This document shows, piece after piece, positions 26,241 through 35,800 of a DNA stretch of 64,000 nucleotides. Both the position numbers and the translations under genes were made by a program. The notes under the pieces were generated by a model. It saw nothing but the letters and a program-made list of their open reading frames with translations, made no database searches and was not told the DNA's origin. Every line of letters begins with the position of its first letter. Positions within the stretch are counted from its first letter, which is position 1. The stretch comes from an uncultured Gammaproteobacteria bacterium (GTDB lineage Bacteria; Pseudomonadota; Gammaproteobacteria; Arenicellales; Poriferihabitantaceae): assembly GCA_947259885.1 (NCBI GenBank), contig CAMYNW010000021.1, forward strand, positions 8,836 through 72,835. The letters are read 5' to 3'.

Positions 26241-28333
26241 ACCGTAACAAGCTGCGTGGAACACAGCAGCCACTCGGCGCAAACTGGGACGGCCATGGAG
26301 TAAATTTTGCGCTATTTTCAGCTCATGCGGAAAAGGTTGAGCTGTGTCTTTTCGATACCGATACCCACCGCGAATTTGCACGTATCGAGCTCACAGTCAC
26401 CGATCAGATCTGGCATGCCTATCTGTCCGATTGCGGGCCGGGCACCATTTATGGCTATCGCGTCTATGGACCGTATCGTCCGCAAGACGGTCACCGTTTC
26501 AACCCGAATAAACTACTGCTCGATCCCTACGCCAGGCAGCTAAGCGGCCGGCTCTGCTGGGACAATTCGGTTTACGGGTACGATCTCGACGAAGCCGAGC
26601 TGGACATGAGCTTTGACAGCAGCGATAGCGCGCAGTTTGTTCCCAAGGCCGTCGTGGTCGATGAGGCATTCGATTGGGGTAATGATCAGCCACCGCGCAT
26701 ACCCTGGCCGCGTACGGTGATTTACGAAACCCATGTGCGCGGATTTACCATGCTGAACCAGGAAATAGACGAAAAAAAGCGTGGCAGTTTCGCCGGGCTG
26801 GCGTCTGACTGCGTGATTTCGTACCTGAAGTCACTCGGCGTAACCGCGCTTGAACTGCAGCCCATCCATGCTTTTATCGACGAACACTTTCTGGTGAAAA
26901 ACGGCTTCACTAACTATTGGGGCTACAACAGTATCGGATATTTCTGTGCTGAATCTCGCTATCTGTCGAGCGGTGATCGCAGTGAATTCAAAGCCATGGT
27001 GCGAAGGTTGCATGAGGCCAACATTGAAGTGATCCTCGACGTCGTCTACAACCACACCGCCGAGGGCGGTCAGTCAGGACCAACGCTTAGCTTTCGCGGT
27101 ATTGACAATTTGAGCTACTACCGGCTTTCGGACGACGAGAAAAGCGTCTACATTAACGACAGTGGTTGCGGTAATTCTCTCAATCTGAATCACCCGCAGG
27201 TGTTACAGATGGTTATCGACAGCCTGCGACACTGGGTAATCGACATGCATGTTGACGGATTTCGCTTTGATCTTGCGGTCAGCCTCGGTCGAGAAGCGCA
27301 GGGTTTTAACAGTAATAGTGCGTTTTTTAAGGCGATCCATGCAGATGCCGTGCTGTCGCAGGTTAAGCTCATCGCAGAGCCCTGGGACATCGGTCCGGGG
27401 GGCTATCAACTGGGCGCCTTCCCGCCGGGTTGGGCCGAATGGAATGACCGCTTTCGCGATTGTGTGCGCCGTTTCTGGCGAGGCGATTCCGGAGTTGTGC
27501 CCGAACTGGCACGCAGCCTGCATGGTTCCAGTGATCTATTTGAGCATAATGGCCGACGACCATCGGCCAGTATTAATTTTATCACCAGCCACGACGGCTT
27601 CACGCTCACCGACCTGGTCAGTTACAACGAACGCCATAATGAAGCAAATGGTGAGAATAATCGTGACGGCCATGGTGCTAACTACAGCGACAACTATGGT
27701 GTCGAAGGCCCAAGCGATGATCCCGAGATTAATCGATTGCGTCAGCGTCAGCGTCGTAATTTGCTGGCAACCCTGTTTCTTTCGCAAGGAACCCCGATGG
27801 TGCTCGCAGGGGACGAACTCGGTCGCAGCCAGCAAGGCAATAACAATGCTTATTGCCAGGATAACGACAAGACCTGGCTGGACTGGTCTGTGCTTCAGAA
27901 TGAAGCAGAAATGCTCGATTTTTTACGCCACATGATCAGGCTTAGAATCGATTACCCGCTGCTGCACCGTGATCGGTTCGTGCATGGTGAAGAACAATTT
28001 AAGCCGAGCGGTTTCACCGATATTCAATGGCTGCGCGCAGACGGCCAACCGATGAACGACGCTGACTGGCATGACCGCCGGCATAATTTTCTTGCCATGT
28101 TGTTAGCGGCTGAGGACGTGCCTGCTCGGGATCCACGCTTCATTGGCGAAAAGGAGGCGGCGCTGATTATCGTTTTTAATGCCGATTCAAGTTCGGTGGA
28201 GTTGATGCTGCCGAAGAGTGAGTTTCACTGGCATTGCATCTTTACTACTGCAAGTCATGAAGCCGCGGTTTCCAGGGACGAGCCTGTCGAAATTGAGTCG
28301 CGCTCGGTGCAGTTATTTGAATTGAAGATGTAA
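26237..28333 (+). CDS. glgX: Glycogen debranching enzyme
   Basis: 698 aa with PLGANWDGHGVNFALFSAHAEKVELCLF, VDGFRFDLA, EPWD and ITSHDGFTL. The ATGA overlaps glgP. Confidence 0.9.
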   Translation: MNRNKLRGTQQPLGANWDGHGVNFALFSAHAEKVELCLFDTDTHREFARIELTVTDQIWHAYLSDCGPGTIYGYRVYGPYRPQDGHRFNPNKLLLDPYARQLSGRLCWDNSVYGYDLDEAELDMSFDSSDSAQFVPKAVVVDEAFDWGNDQPPRIPWPRTVIYETHVRGFTMLNQEIDEKKRGSFAGLASDCVISYLKSLGVTALELQPIHAFIDEHFLVKNGFTNYWGYNSIGYFCAESRYLSSGDRSEFKAMVRRLHEANIEVILDVVYNHTAEGGQSGPTLSFRGIDNLSYYRLSDDEKSVYINDSGCGNSLNLNHPQVLQMVIDSLRHWVIDMHVDGFRFDLAVSLGREAQGFNSNSAFFKAIHADAVLSQVKLIAEPWDIGPGGYQLGAFPPGWAEWNDRFRDCVRRFWRGDSGVVPELARSLHGSSDLFEHNGRRPSASINFITSHDGFTLTDLVSYNERHNEANGENNRDGHGANYSDNYGVEGPSDDPEINRLRQRQRRNLLATLFLSQGTPMVLAGDELGRSQQGNNNAYCQDNDKTWLDWSVLQNEAEMLDFLRHMIRLRIDYPLLHRDRFVHGEEQFKPSGFTDIQWLRADGQPMNDADWHDRRHNFLAMLLAAEDVPARDPRFIGEKEAALIIVFNADSSSVELMLPKSEFHWHCIFTTASHEAAVSRDEPVEIESRSVQLFELKM

Positions 28334-28426
28334 TGTCCTGATCACATGATTCACACGACACAATGACGACTTCAAAATCTCGGTGTAGCATAGATTTACC
28401 TGTGCTAAAAACAAAATAGATTTTCG

Positions 28427-30634
28427 ATGCCGATAACCGACCACGAGGGGCTCGATACTCTATGCGCCAGCTGCGGTATCGTGCTTCACTACCACGATAT
28501 CTCCGGCCAGCATCATGAGCCCGGTATTGAAGTGAAAAAGTCTCTGCTCGCGGCGCTGCAGTTTCCGGTTAACAGCGATGAAGATATTCGGCTCAACCTT
28601 GAGAAGCTGGAGTCTCGCAAATGGGGGCGTATTATCGAAGCGGTGCTGGTAAATCGACAAAACGATTTACCAGTGCGCCTGACTTTAACTCTGGCCCCAA
28701 ATCAGATTGACGAAGCGATAAGCTGGGAGCTAAGCGAAGAATCCGGTCAACTGCTCCAAGGAGTTTGGGAAATTGATGCAGGGGATGCGGTTGGTGAATC
28801 AACAATCAATGGAACGCGGTTGATGAAATTCGAGGTTATCCTGCCGCATATCACCAGTATCGGCTATTACCAGCTAAACGTTAAATTGAGAGATAGCAGC
28901 GAGGCACAGGCAACCCTCGTCGTCGCACCCGAAACCTGCTATCAGCCACCTGAACTCGCCGGTGGCAGGAAAATATGGGGCATCAGTCTGCAACTATTTT
29001 CACTGCGTTCGGAGCGCAACTGGGGCATTGGTGATTTTACCGATCTGCAATCAGTGGTTGAGATCTTTGCCCCGCTCGGGATCAATGTGCTCGGACTTAA
29101 TCCGCTGCACGCGCTGTTCTCACACCTCCCGGAAAGCGCCAGCCCTTACAGTCCATCGAGTCGTGACTTCCTCAATCCGGTTTACCTGGATATCGAGGCG
29201 ATCGATGAATTTAAACAAAATCATGAAGCGCAACAGTACGTAAAAAACCAAGTTTTTCAGACGCGTCTACAGGCCCTGCGCGAACTCGAGTTGATCAATT
29301 ACAGCAAGGTCTGGGGTGTCAAGTTGCAGGTTCTTGAAACACTGTATAAATGGTTTAAGCAACAGCACCAGGATGCTGACTCAGCACGGATCAAAGCTTT
29401 TCGCCAGTTCCAGAAAACCGGAGGTCGGGATTTATTCAAATTTGCCTTGTTTGAGGCGTTGCAAGCGTCTTTTCACCGGCAGGATGCCGATATCGACCGA
29501 TGGCAGGAATGGCCTGAAGCCTACAGAGATCCGGAATCAGCGACTGTGAAAAGATGGGCCGATGAACATCGAGATGAAATCGAGTTTCACCAGTATCTGC
29601 AGTGGAATACCGAGCAGCAGCTGTCCGCGATCCACGAAAATTGCATAAGACATGGCATGTGCATTAGCATTTATCGCGATCTTGCGGTTGGTAACGCAAA
29701 ACCTTCGGCCCAGTGTTGGGCTGAACAAGCAGACTACGCACTAGACATGGGCATCGGTGCACCACCCGACGATTTTAATTCAAGCGGGCAGAACTGGTCA
29801 TTACCCCCGTTGCGGCCGCAGGCGCTTTTCGATCAGGCTTATCGACCGTTTATCAATACCTTGCGCGCCAACATGCGTCATGCGGGCGCAATTCGGATCG
29901 ACCACATCATGAGTTTGATGCGGCTGTTCTGGGTACCACCAGACTGCTCGCCCGAAGCGGGTGCTTATATCTCTTATCCCTTCGCTGATATGCTGGGCAT
30001 TCTTGCACTCGAGAGCCAGCGCAATCATTGCCTGATTATCGGCGAAGACCTGGGTACCGTCCCGGATGAGGTTCGCCACGCTCTCGAAATAAATAAAATA
30101 CTCTCGTACCGGATACTTTACTTTGAGAAGGACTGGCACCACGGAACGATCAAGCCGCCAGGAGAATATCCGCGTTACGCACTGTGCACATCGGGATCAC
30201 ACGACCTGCCAACGCTGCGAGGCTTTTGGCAGGGAGCGGACCTGGAACTGCGCGAGCGGCTTAATTTAAATCCATCAGACGACTTTAGAGGGCAACAGCA
30301 ACGGATTCGCTGGCGGGATCGGTTTGAGATTTTGGCGGCGCTGGCGAGGGAAAATCTGCTTGCTAGCGAAGAGATAGATGAGACTACCGCGGCTAAAGAC
30401 CTGGGCAGCGAACTGGCTCTGTCGATACAACGGTATCTGGCAAGATCGCAGTCAATGTTGTTGATGGTTCAGGTGGAAGACCTGTTACTAGAAACAAATC
30501 AAGTAAACGTGCCTGGCACAATCGATGAATATCCTAACTGGCGAAGTAAGTTGTCGACTACACTGGAAAATTGGCGAAAACAGGTTGATCTTGAGGGTTT
30601 CGCGTTTGCCGTCAATGCCGAACGCGATGCCTGA
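28427..30634 (+). CDS. malQ: 4-alpha-glucanotransferase (amylomaltase, long MalQ type)
   Basis: 735 aa with WGIGDFTDL, SPYSPSSR, IRIDHIMSL, IGEDLGTVP and NVPGT..EYPNWRSK. Confidence 0.9.
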   Translation: MPITDHEGLDTLCASCGIVLHYHDISGQHHEPGIEVKKSLLAALQFPVNSDEDIRLNLEKLESRKWGRIIEAVLVNRQNDLPVRLTLTLAPNQIDEAISWELSEESGQLLQGVWEIDAGDAVGESTINGTRLMKFEVILPHITSIGYYQLNVKLRDSSEAQATLVVAPETCYQPPELAGGRKIWGISLQLFSLRSERNWGIGDFTDLQSVVEIFAPLGINVLGLNPLHALFSHLPESASPYSPSSRDFLNPVYLDIEAIDEFKQNHEAQQYVKNQVFQTRLQALRELELINYSKVWGVKLQVLETLYKWFKQQHQDADSARIKAFRQFQKTGGRDLFKFALFEALQASFHRQDADIDRWQEWPEAYRDPESATVKRWADEHRDEIEFHQYLQWNTEQQLSAIHENCIRHGMCISIYRDLAVGNAKPSAQCWAEQADYALDMGIGAPPDDFNSSGQNWSLPPLRPQALFDQAYRPFINTLRANMRHAGAIRIDHIMSLMRLFWVPPDCSPEAGAYISYPFADMLGILALESQRNHCLIIGEDLGTVPDEVRHALEINKILSYRILYFEKDWHHGTIKPPGEYPRYALCTSGSHDLPTLRGFWQGADLELRERLNLNPSDDFRGQQQRIRWRDRFEILAALARENLLASEEIDETTAAKDLGSELALSIQRYLARSQSMLLMVQVEDLLLETNQVNVPGTIDEYPNWRSKLSTTLENWRKQVDLEGFAFAVNAERDA

Positions 30635-30914
30635 GTAGCAAACTGGTTGGCGAAAGTTTCAGCTTACGGACGGCTATAACCGTTATTCTCATTGTTCAAA
30701 ACTAGTCACAATTAGTTACATGAATCACGGACATAACAAGGTTATACTATGTTCAACTCTGTTAGGATAATAGAGTTAACTAATTGAAAATAAGATAAAC
30801 TAATTCAACTATTTGGTGCTATGTGAATGGAGGAAACGGGACTGAAAATCTCCGTGTCGAGACAGCGCGACTGCTGGCTCTATTTTGTCCCCGGCCACCA
30901 TTCAGCGAAGGTTT

Positions 30915-30993
30915 CTACGGAATTATTTTTAGACTACGATGCTATTCTTCAGTCTACGATATTATTTTTCAGGCTACGATGTGATTAATGTCT
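30915..30993 (+). repeat. Four phased direct repeats (19-20 bp unit beginning CTACGRT) in the malQ/ABC intergenic region
   Basis: Copies start at 30915, 30934, 30954 and 30974: ctacggaattatttttaga / ctacgatgctattcttcagt / ctacgatattatttttcagg / ctacgatgtgattaatgtct. A second pair, AACTAATTGAA (30778) and AACTAATTCAA (30798), also has a 20-bp period. Confidence 0.6.
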
Positions 30994-31190
30994 CTAGTTA
31001 TAAGAAGGAGGCGGCGGTAAATTATTTTCGAGCGCATGAATTTTTTATTATCCGAGCGGGTTTTCTAAAACCCAAGAATTGCTTAAAAACAATCAATCAT
31101 CAGACAATAGCGGTAGATTCCAATGAAGCAGCCAGGATTGACGAGGTCTGTCCCGCTTGCGCCTAATTTTTCACTGACTAGTAAAACTTG

Positions 31191-31973
31191 ATGCCAGACA
31201 AATCTAATACAACGCCAACAGTGCAAGTGAGCGATTTGCACAAATCATTTGGCAATTTGGAGGTCCTAAAAGGTGTCTCTTTAGAGGCGTACGAAGGAGA
31301 TATTGTTTCAATTATTGGTGCCAGTGGCTCCGGCAAAAGCACGATGTTGAGATGTATCAATGTTTTGGAGAATCCCACATCCGGCACAATACAAGTGAAT
31401 GGCGAGGCATTGGAATTCAAGCGCTCCAAAGACGGCGATATGGCTCCCGTCAGTAATCGGCAGATTGAGCGAATTCGCTCGCAGCTGGGAATGGTTTTTC
31501 AAGGGTTTAATCTCTGGGAGCATATGACCGTGTTGCAAAACGTAACTGAGGCGCCGGTGCATGTTCAAAAAATAAACAAGGCGGAGGCAATAGAGGCGGG
31601 GGAATCTCTACTTAAAAAGGTTGGGTTGTGGGAAAAACGTAACCAATACCCCATGGTATTATCTGGGGGACAGCAGCAGCGGGTTGCTATTGCGAGAGCG
31701 CTGGCAATGAACCCGAGCGCGCTTTTATTTGATGAACCAACTTCGGCATTGGATCCGGAGCTGGTTGGAGAGGTGTTAAAGGTTATTCGGGATTTGGCGG
31801 AAGAGGGTCGAACCATGATTTTGGTCACCCACGAAATGAATTTCGCGAGAAATGTATCGTCACATGTCATTTTCCTGGATAAAGGTGTAATCGAAGAGGA
31901 AGGCCCCCCACTAAAAGTCTTCTCTCAATCCGAAAGCGAACGCTGTCAAAAATTCCTTAGTGAACTAAGTTAA
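31191..31973 (+). CDS. Polar amino acid-type ABC transporter, ATP-binding protein
   Basis: Walker A GASGSGKST, signature LSGGQQQRVAIARAL, Walker B LLFDEPTSALD. Overall HisP/OccP-like. I prefer the ATG at 31191 to the TTG at 31188. Confidence 0.9.
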   Translation: MPDKSNTTPTVQVSDLHKSFGNLEVLKGVSLEAYEGDIVSIIGASGSGKSTMLRCINVLENPTSGTIQVNGEALEFKRSKDGDMAPVSNRQIERIRSQLGMVFQGFNLWEHMTVLQNVTEAPVHVQKINKAEAIEAGESLLKKVGLWEKRNQYPMVLSGGQQQRVAIARALAMNPSALLFDEPTSALDPELVGEVLKVIRDLAEEGRTMILVTHEMNFARNVSSHVIFLDKGVIEEEGPPLKVFSQSESERCQKFLSELS

Positions 31974-32008
31974 CGGCTAAACTAATCAAACCACATGTAG
32001 GACATACT

Positions 32009-32782
32009 ATGAAAACCACTATTAAACTTATTATCAGCGGCATGCTCGCCGCGTTTCTGTTTGGCAATTCCGCATTTGCGCTGAAAGTCGGCGTGGCGGC
32101 TGAGCCTTACCCACCATTCGCAGAGAAAAACGCTAGCGGAGAGTGGCAGGGTTGGGAAATTGAAATTGGTAACGCTATATGCGCGGCTATGGGCGAAGAA
32201 TGTGAGTGGGTTGAAGTTGCCTGGGACGGCATTATTCCCGCATTGGTCGCTAAAAAGTTCGACGTAATAATGAGTTCGATGTCAATTACCGAAGAGCGAA
32301 TGAAGACGATTGCGTTTTCAGATAAATACTATAATACACCTGCCGTCATCGTTGCCAACAAAGGGTCTGGAATAGATGGCACTCCGGACAGTGTGAGTGG
32401 GAAAATCGTTGGTGTGCAGGTTTCAACCACACATGAAAATTATGTGACCAAACATTTTTCTGGAACTGCTGACAGCATTAAAACCTATTCAACGTTTGAT
32501 GAGCACAATCAGGATCTGGTAGCCGGTCGTGTTGATGCAGTTGTTGGCGATTCTCTGGCAATGCAGCCATTCCTGCAAAGTGATGCTGGACAATGCTGCG
32601 AGGTTGCTGGGGAGCTGAACGATGTTGCTGTGTTTGGTCCCGGCGTAGGTGGCGGTATGCGCCAAGAAGATACGGAGCTGAAGGCAAGTTTTAATGCTGC
32701 CATTGCAAAGATTCGCTCCGACGGTACGTACAAGTCAATTTCTGAAAAGTTCTTTGACTTTGATATCTATGGCGGTGAATAA
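32009..32782 (+). CDS. Periplasmic substrate-binding protein, family 3 (LAO/octopine-binding type)
   Basis: 257 aa with a signal peptide (LIISGMLAAFLFGNSAFA). WDGIIPALVAKKFDVIMSSMSITEER is typical of SBP_bac_3. Confidence 0.85.
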   Translation: MKTTIKLIISGMLAAFLFGNSAFALKVGVAAEPYPPFAEKNASGEWQGWEIEIGNAICAAMGEECEWVEVAWDGIIPALVAKKFDVIMSSMSITEERMKTIAFSDKYYNTPAVIVANKGSGIDGTPDSVSGKIVGVQVSTTHENYVTKHFSGTADSIKTYSTFDEHNQDLVAGRVDAVVGDSLAMQPFLQSDAGQCCEVAGELNDVAVFGPGVGGGMRQEDTELKASFNAAIAKIRSDGTYKSISEKFFDFDIYGGE

Positions 32783-32856
32783 CAGCCTTCTAGGCGGTAG
32801 CTCCAATTAATTCTTTTTGATTGCGTTAAATTCAATGGCAATACGAATTTATTGAT

Positions 32857-33579
32857 GTGTTTGAAAGCCTAGGCTTAGAAGTATTGGCGTATTCCCCTCC
32901 CGGTTGGGGGGGGACCCTTATTCACGGGTTAGGCATGACGCTTAAGATCGCGTTTGGCGCATACTTTCTTGGCCTGCTGATCGGGTTGTGTGGTGCTCTG
33001 GGGAAAATATATGGCGGGGCAACGGTTAAATGGTCTTTGGAGATTTACACCACGATCATTCGAGCGGTTCCCGAGCTTGTTCTGATATTACTGTTGTATT
33101 ACGCAGGCACTGATTTACTGAATAGAGTGCTGGAATGGCTTGGCTATGAGCGGGTCGATATCAGTGGATTGGTCGCCGGGATTTGTGTGCTTGGTGTTGT
33201 CCAGGGGGCTTATTCAATTGAAGTCATCCGTGGTGCAATTCTATCTGTGTCTGCGGGACAGATTGAGGCTGCCAAGGCGTCTGGTATGTCATGGACGCTG
33301 ATGCATCGTCGGATTATTATTCCTCTTGCCGTGCCCCTTGCTTTACCCGGCCTTGCTAACTTATGGCTTATTGTTACCAAGGACACGGCGCTTCTTGCCG
33401 TGGTGGGATTTAGCGAGTTAGCGTTAGCGACTAAACAAGCTGCTGGTGGGACCAAGGAATATCTGCTTTTTTATATTGCTGCCGCCTTGTTGTACTTGAT
33501 GGTCAGTCTGACCTCTAACGCTATTTTTAAAACCATAGAACGACACTATCGCCGCGGCCAGGCGTCGGCCGAGGCATAA
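32857..33579 (+). CDS. ABC transporter permease (HisQ/OccQ-like)
   Basis: 240 aa, multi-TM. YTTIIRAVPELVLILLLYY and the EAAxxxG-type loop (IEAAKASGMS). GTG start. Confidence 0.85.
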   Translation: MFESLGLEVLAYSPPGWGGTLIHGLGMTLKIAFGAYFLGLLIGLCGALGKIYGGATVKWSLEIYTTIIRAVPELVLILLLYYAGTDLLNRVLEWLGYERVDISGLVAGICVLGVVQGAYSIEVIRGAILSVSAGQIEAAKASGMSWTLMHRRIIIPLAVPLALPGLANLWLIVTKDTALLAVVGFSELALATKQAAGGTKEYLLFYIAAALLYLMVSLTSNAIFKTIERHYRRGQASAEA

Positions 33580-33585
33580 TTAAAA

Positions 33586-34293
33586 ATGGAATGGTATTGG
33601 GTCACTGAATACGCGCCAAAGTTTGTTGAAGGCCTGTGGATCACGATCCAGCTTCTGGTTTTATCCATTGGTTTCGGCATGGCTTTGGCTACACCAATCG
33701 GCTTGGTGCAAGTCACTGGACCGAAACCTCTGGCCCTTCTTGCCAAGGGGTTTTGCTCTGTAATCCGAGGAACACCGCTGCTGATTCAGTTGTGGTTGAT
33801 TTATTATGGTCTCGGGTCGCTATTTCCTTCTATTCCGCTGATAAGGGAAAGTATGCTTTGGCCGATATTGCGGGACGCATTTCCTTATGCCGTGTTTGCA
33901 TTTAGTTTAAGTGTGGCCGGCTACTCCGGCGAAGTGATGCGGGGTGCGTTCGCCAGTGTTAATAAAGGCGAACTGGAAGCGGGAAGGGCATTCGGAATGA
34001 GCAGGTTTACGCTTTTGCGGAGGATCTGGTTCCCGCGAGCGATTCAAAATGTTCTTCCAACGCTGGCTGGTGAATTTATCTTGACCCTCAAATCTACTCC
34101 TCTGGCGGCAACAATTACAGTGTTCGATGTGTATGGTGTTGGTAGTATGGTTCGGCAAGAGACATATCGAATCTATGAGCCACTGTTGCTTGTTGCTGGA
34201 ATTTACATCTGCCTGTCAGGAATAATTATCGGGTTTTTTAGGTGGATAGAGCATAGAAGCGCGCAGCGCCGTTTGGTGGGGGTGGAGCATTAG
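33586..34293 (+). CDS. ABC transporter permease (HisM/OccM-like)
   Basis: 235 aa with VIRGTPLLIQLWLIYYG and ELEAGRAFGMS. Confidence 0.85.
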   Translation: MEWYWVTEYAPKFVEGLWITIQLLVLSIGFGMALATPIGLVQVTGPKPLALLAKGFCSVIRGTPLLIQLWLIYYGLGSLFPSIPLIRESMLWPILRDAFPYAVFAFSLSVAGYSGEVMRGAFASVNKGELEAGRAFGMSRFTLLRRIWFPRAIQNVLPTLAGEFILTLKSTPLAATITVFDVYGVGSMVRQETYRIYEPLLLVAGIYICLSGIIIGFFRWIEHRSAQRRLVGVEH

Positions 34294-34436
34294 ATGCTTT
34301 TAAGTACTGCTGAGAGAAATAGATCGATCGCTTAGGGGGGGTGGAGGCGACACGCCTAAACAGAAACAAGCAAAAGCAACTCTATATAAATTTATGACTA
34401 CTTATGAAATCAATCATAAATAGGGGGTTTACACTA

Positions 34437-35165
34437 TTACAAGATAGTATTTTCGTAGTGATGCTTTCTGGTATTACAGCGACTGATTCTCAGCTCTACC
34501 GGAGATTTGTTCAAGGTTAGAGCAACACGTTCTATTTCGAGTAATGGCGTCCCGGGTTCCAAATTCAGATGTGACGCATCATGTTTTGAGGCTGCGACTG
34601 CGCGCAGCCGCTCTTCAGCGCTATGAATAGTAATTCCATATTGCTTCTCGTAAAGCTCATAAAGCATGTTTGGCAGATTGCTGCTGTCCAACTCATCCCA
34701 ATCTTTGAACAAATGTCCTGGTAGTATAATCGTCTCGATCATAGTAGGACTCGACGACAAAGTACGCACTCTCTCTATTCGGATGATGTCTGCACGGTCT
34801 TCCAGTTGCAGTTTTAAAGTCTCGCTGCGTGATGCATGTTTCCTGTGACATCGTAACACCTTACTGTCAGGCATTACTTTTTGCTCTTTGTCATCGACAA
34901 TGTGGAAAAAGTGGAAAAGTGCTCGTTGGCTGTCATGGTTTGAGACAAAGGTTCCACGGCCCTGCTTTCTTCTGAGCACGTTATATTCTACTAGCTCTGT
35001 AACAGCCTTGCGCACCGTGCCCTGACTGACCCCCAGTTCCTGTGACAGATTCATTTCGCTCGGAATAGGATCTCCAGGCAACCAATCTCCTTTGCTGATC
35101 TTTGCAATGAGAAACTCTCTTATTTGCATATAGAGCGGAATAGCGCCCTTTCCAGATGTGATCAT
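34437..35165 (-). CDS. GntR-family (HutC subfamily, UTRA domain) transcriptional regulator
   Basis: 242 aa with an N-terminal wHTH (LPGDPIPSEMNLSQELGVSQGTVRKAVTELV) and a UTRA-like C-terminal half. Divergent from the lyase operon. Confidence 0.85.
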   Translation of the reverse strand: MITSGKGAIPLYMQIREFLIAKISKGDWLPGDPIPSEMNLSQELGVSQGTVRKAVTELVEYNVLRRKQGRGTFVSNHDSQRALFHFFHIVDDKEQKVMPDSKVLRCHRKHASRSETLKLQLEDRADIIRIERVRTLSSSPTMIETIILPGHLFKDWDELDSSNLPNMLYELYEKQYGITIHSAEERLRAVAASKHDASHLNLEPGTPLLEIERVALTLNKSPVELRISRCNTRKHHYENTIL

Positions 35166-35355
35166 TGAATCTGCTGCCTGAATGAATAAACCATAAAATT
35201 TAGAATGACAGAAAACGCCTCGTTTTTAAGGGAAAGTATATGCCCTATGTAGAATTGTGGCAAAAATGAAAGTGGATGCTCTCCCCAAATTCACAAGGCC
35301 TCAATCCCCGGCAGCTGCAGAATTGAAGATATTCAAGTAAATTATATAGTTATAG

Positions 35356-35393
35356 ACATATATAAGACTACTTGACTAGTAAAATATATATGT
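35356..35393. promoter_or_regulatory. 9-bp perfect inverted repeat in the GntR / lyase divergent promoter region (candidate operator)
   Basis: ACATATATA (35356-35364) and TATATATGT (35385-35393), 20 bp apart. The region is AT-rich, so a chance match is possible. Confidence 0.25.
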
Positions 35394-35457
35394 GTAATCT
35401 GAGCAGCGAATTTTTAAGCTAATTCTTAGCCAATTCCTAATAGATCTGGAGAAAGTG

Positions 35458-35739
35458 ATGGTTGATTTTGTTGTGCATGATGAAGGGGACAGCGTCGGTG
35501 TTGTCGTGGTCGAGGGTGTCAAAGCCGGTGATGAAATTAGTGGTTGGGTAATGGATCAAGATGTCGATATTAAGTTCAAGGCGGTCAGTGATATACCTAT
35601 CGGACACAAGCTTGCCATTAAGTTGATGAAAGTCGGGGATACGGTAATTAAGTACAGCACGGATATTGGCAAAGTTGTAGCCGACATTGGTATCGGCGAG
35701 CATGTGCATGTTCACAATATAAAGACCAAGCGCTGGTAA
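35458..35739 (+). CDS. UxaA-family small subunit (SAF domain); candidate sulfolactate sulfo-lyase subunit A
   Basis: 93 aa with GGAGA SD. HDEGDSVGVVVVEGVKAGDE...IPIGHKLAIKLMKVGDTVIKYS..IG.....IGIGEHVHVHN is typical of the UxaA/altronate dehydratase N-terminal domain when it occurs as a separate polypeptide. Confidence 0.75.
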   Translation: MVDFVVHDEGDSVGVVVVEGVKAGDEISGWVMDQDVDIKFKAVSDIPIGHKLAIKLMKVGDTVIKYSTDIGKVVADIGIGEHVHVHNIKTKRW

Positions 35740-35800
35740 TTGCGCTGGCAATTTATTGTCAAATCCAAATCCCAAGGTTTCTTTTCGAGAGAATATATAA

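Noticed and set aside
30939-31166. 75-aa ORF across the 20-bp repeat array
   Set aside because: It is AT-rich with odd composition, and its reading frame is generated by the repeats themselves. I treat the region as regulatory or non-coding.
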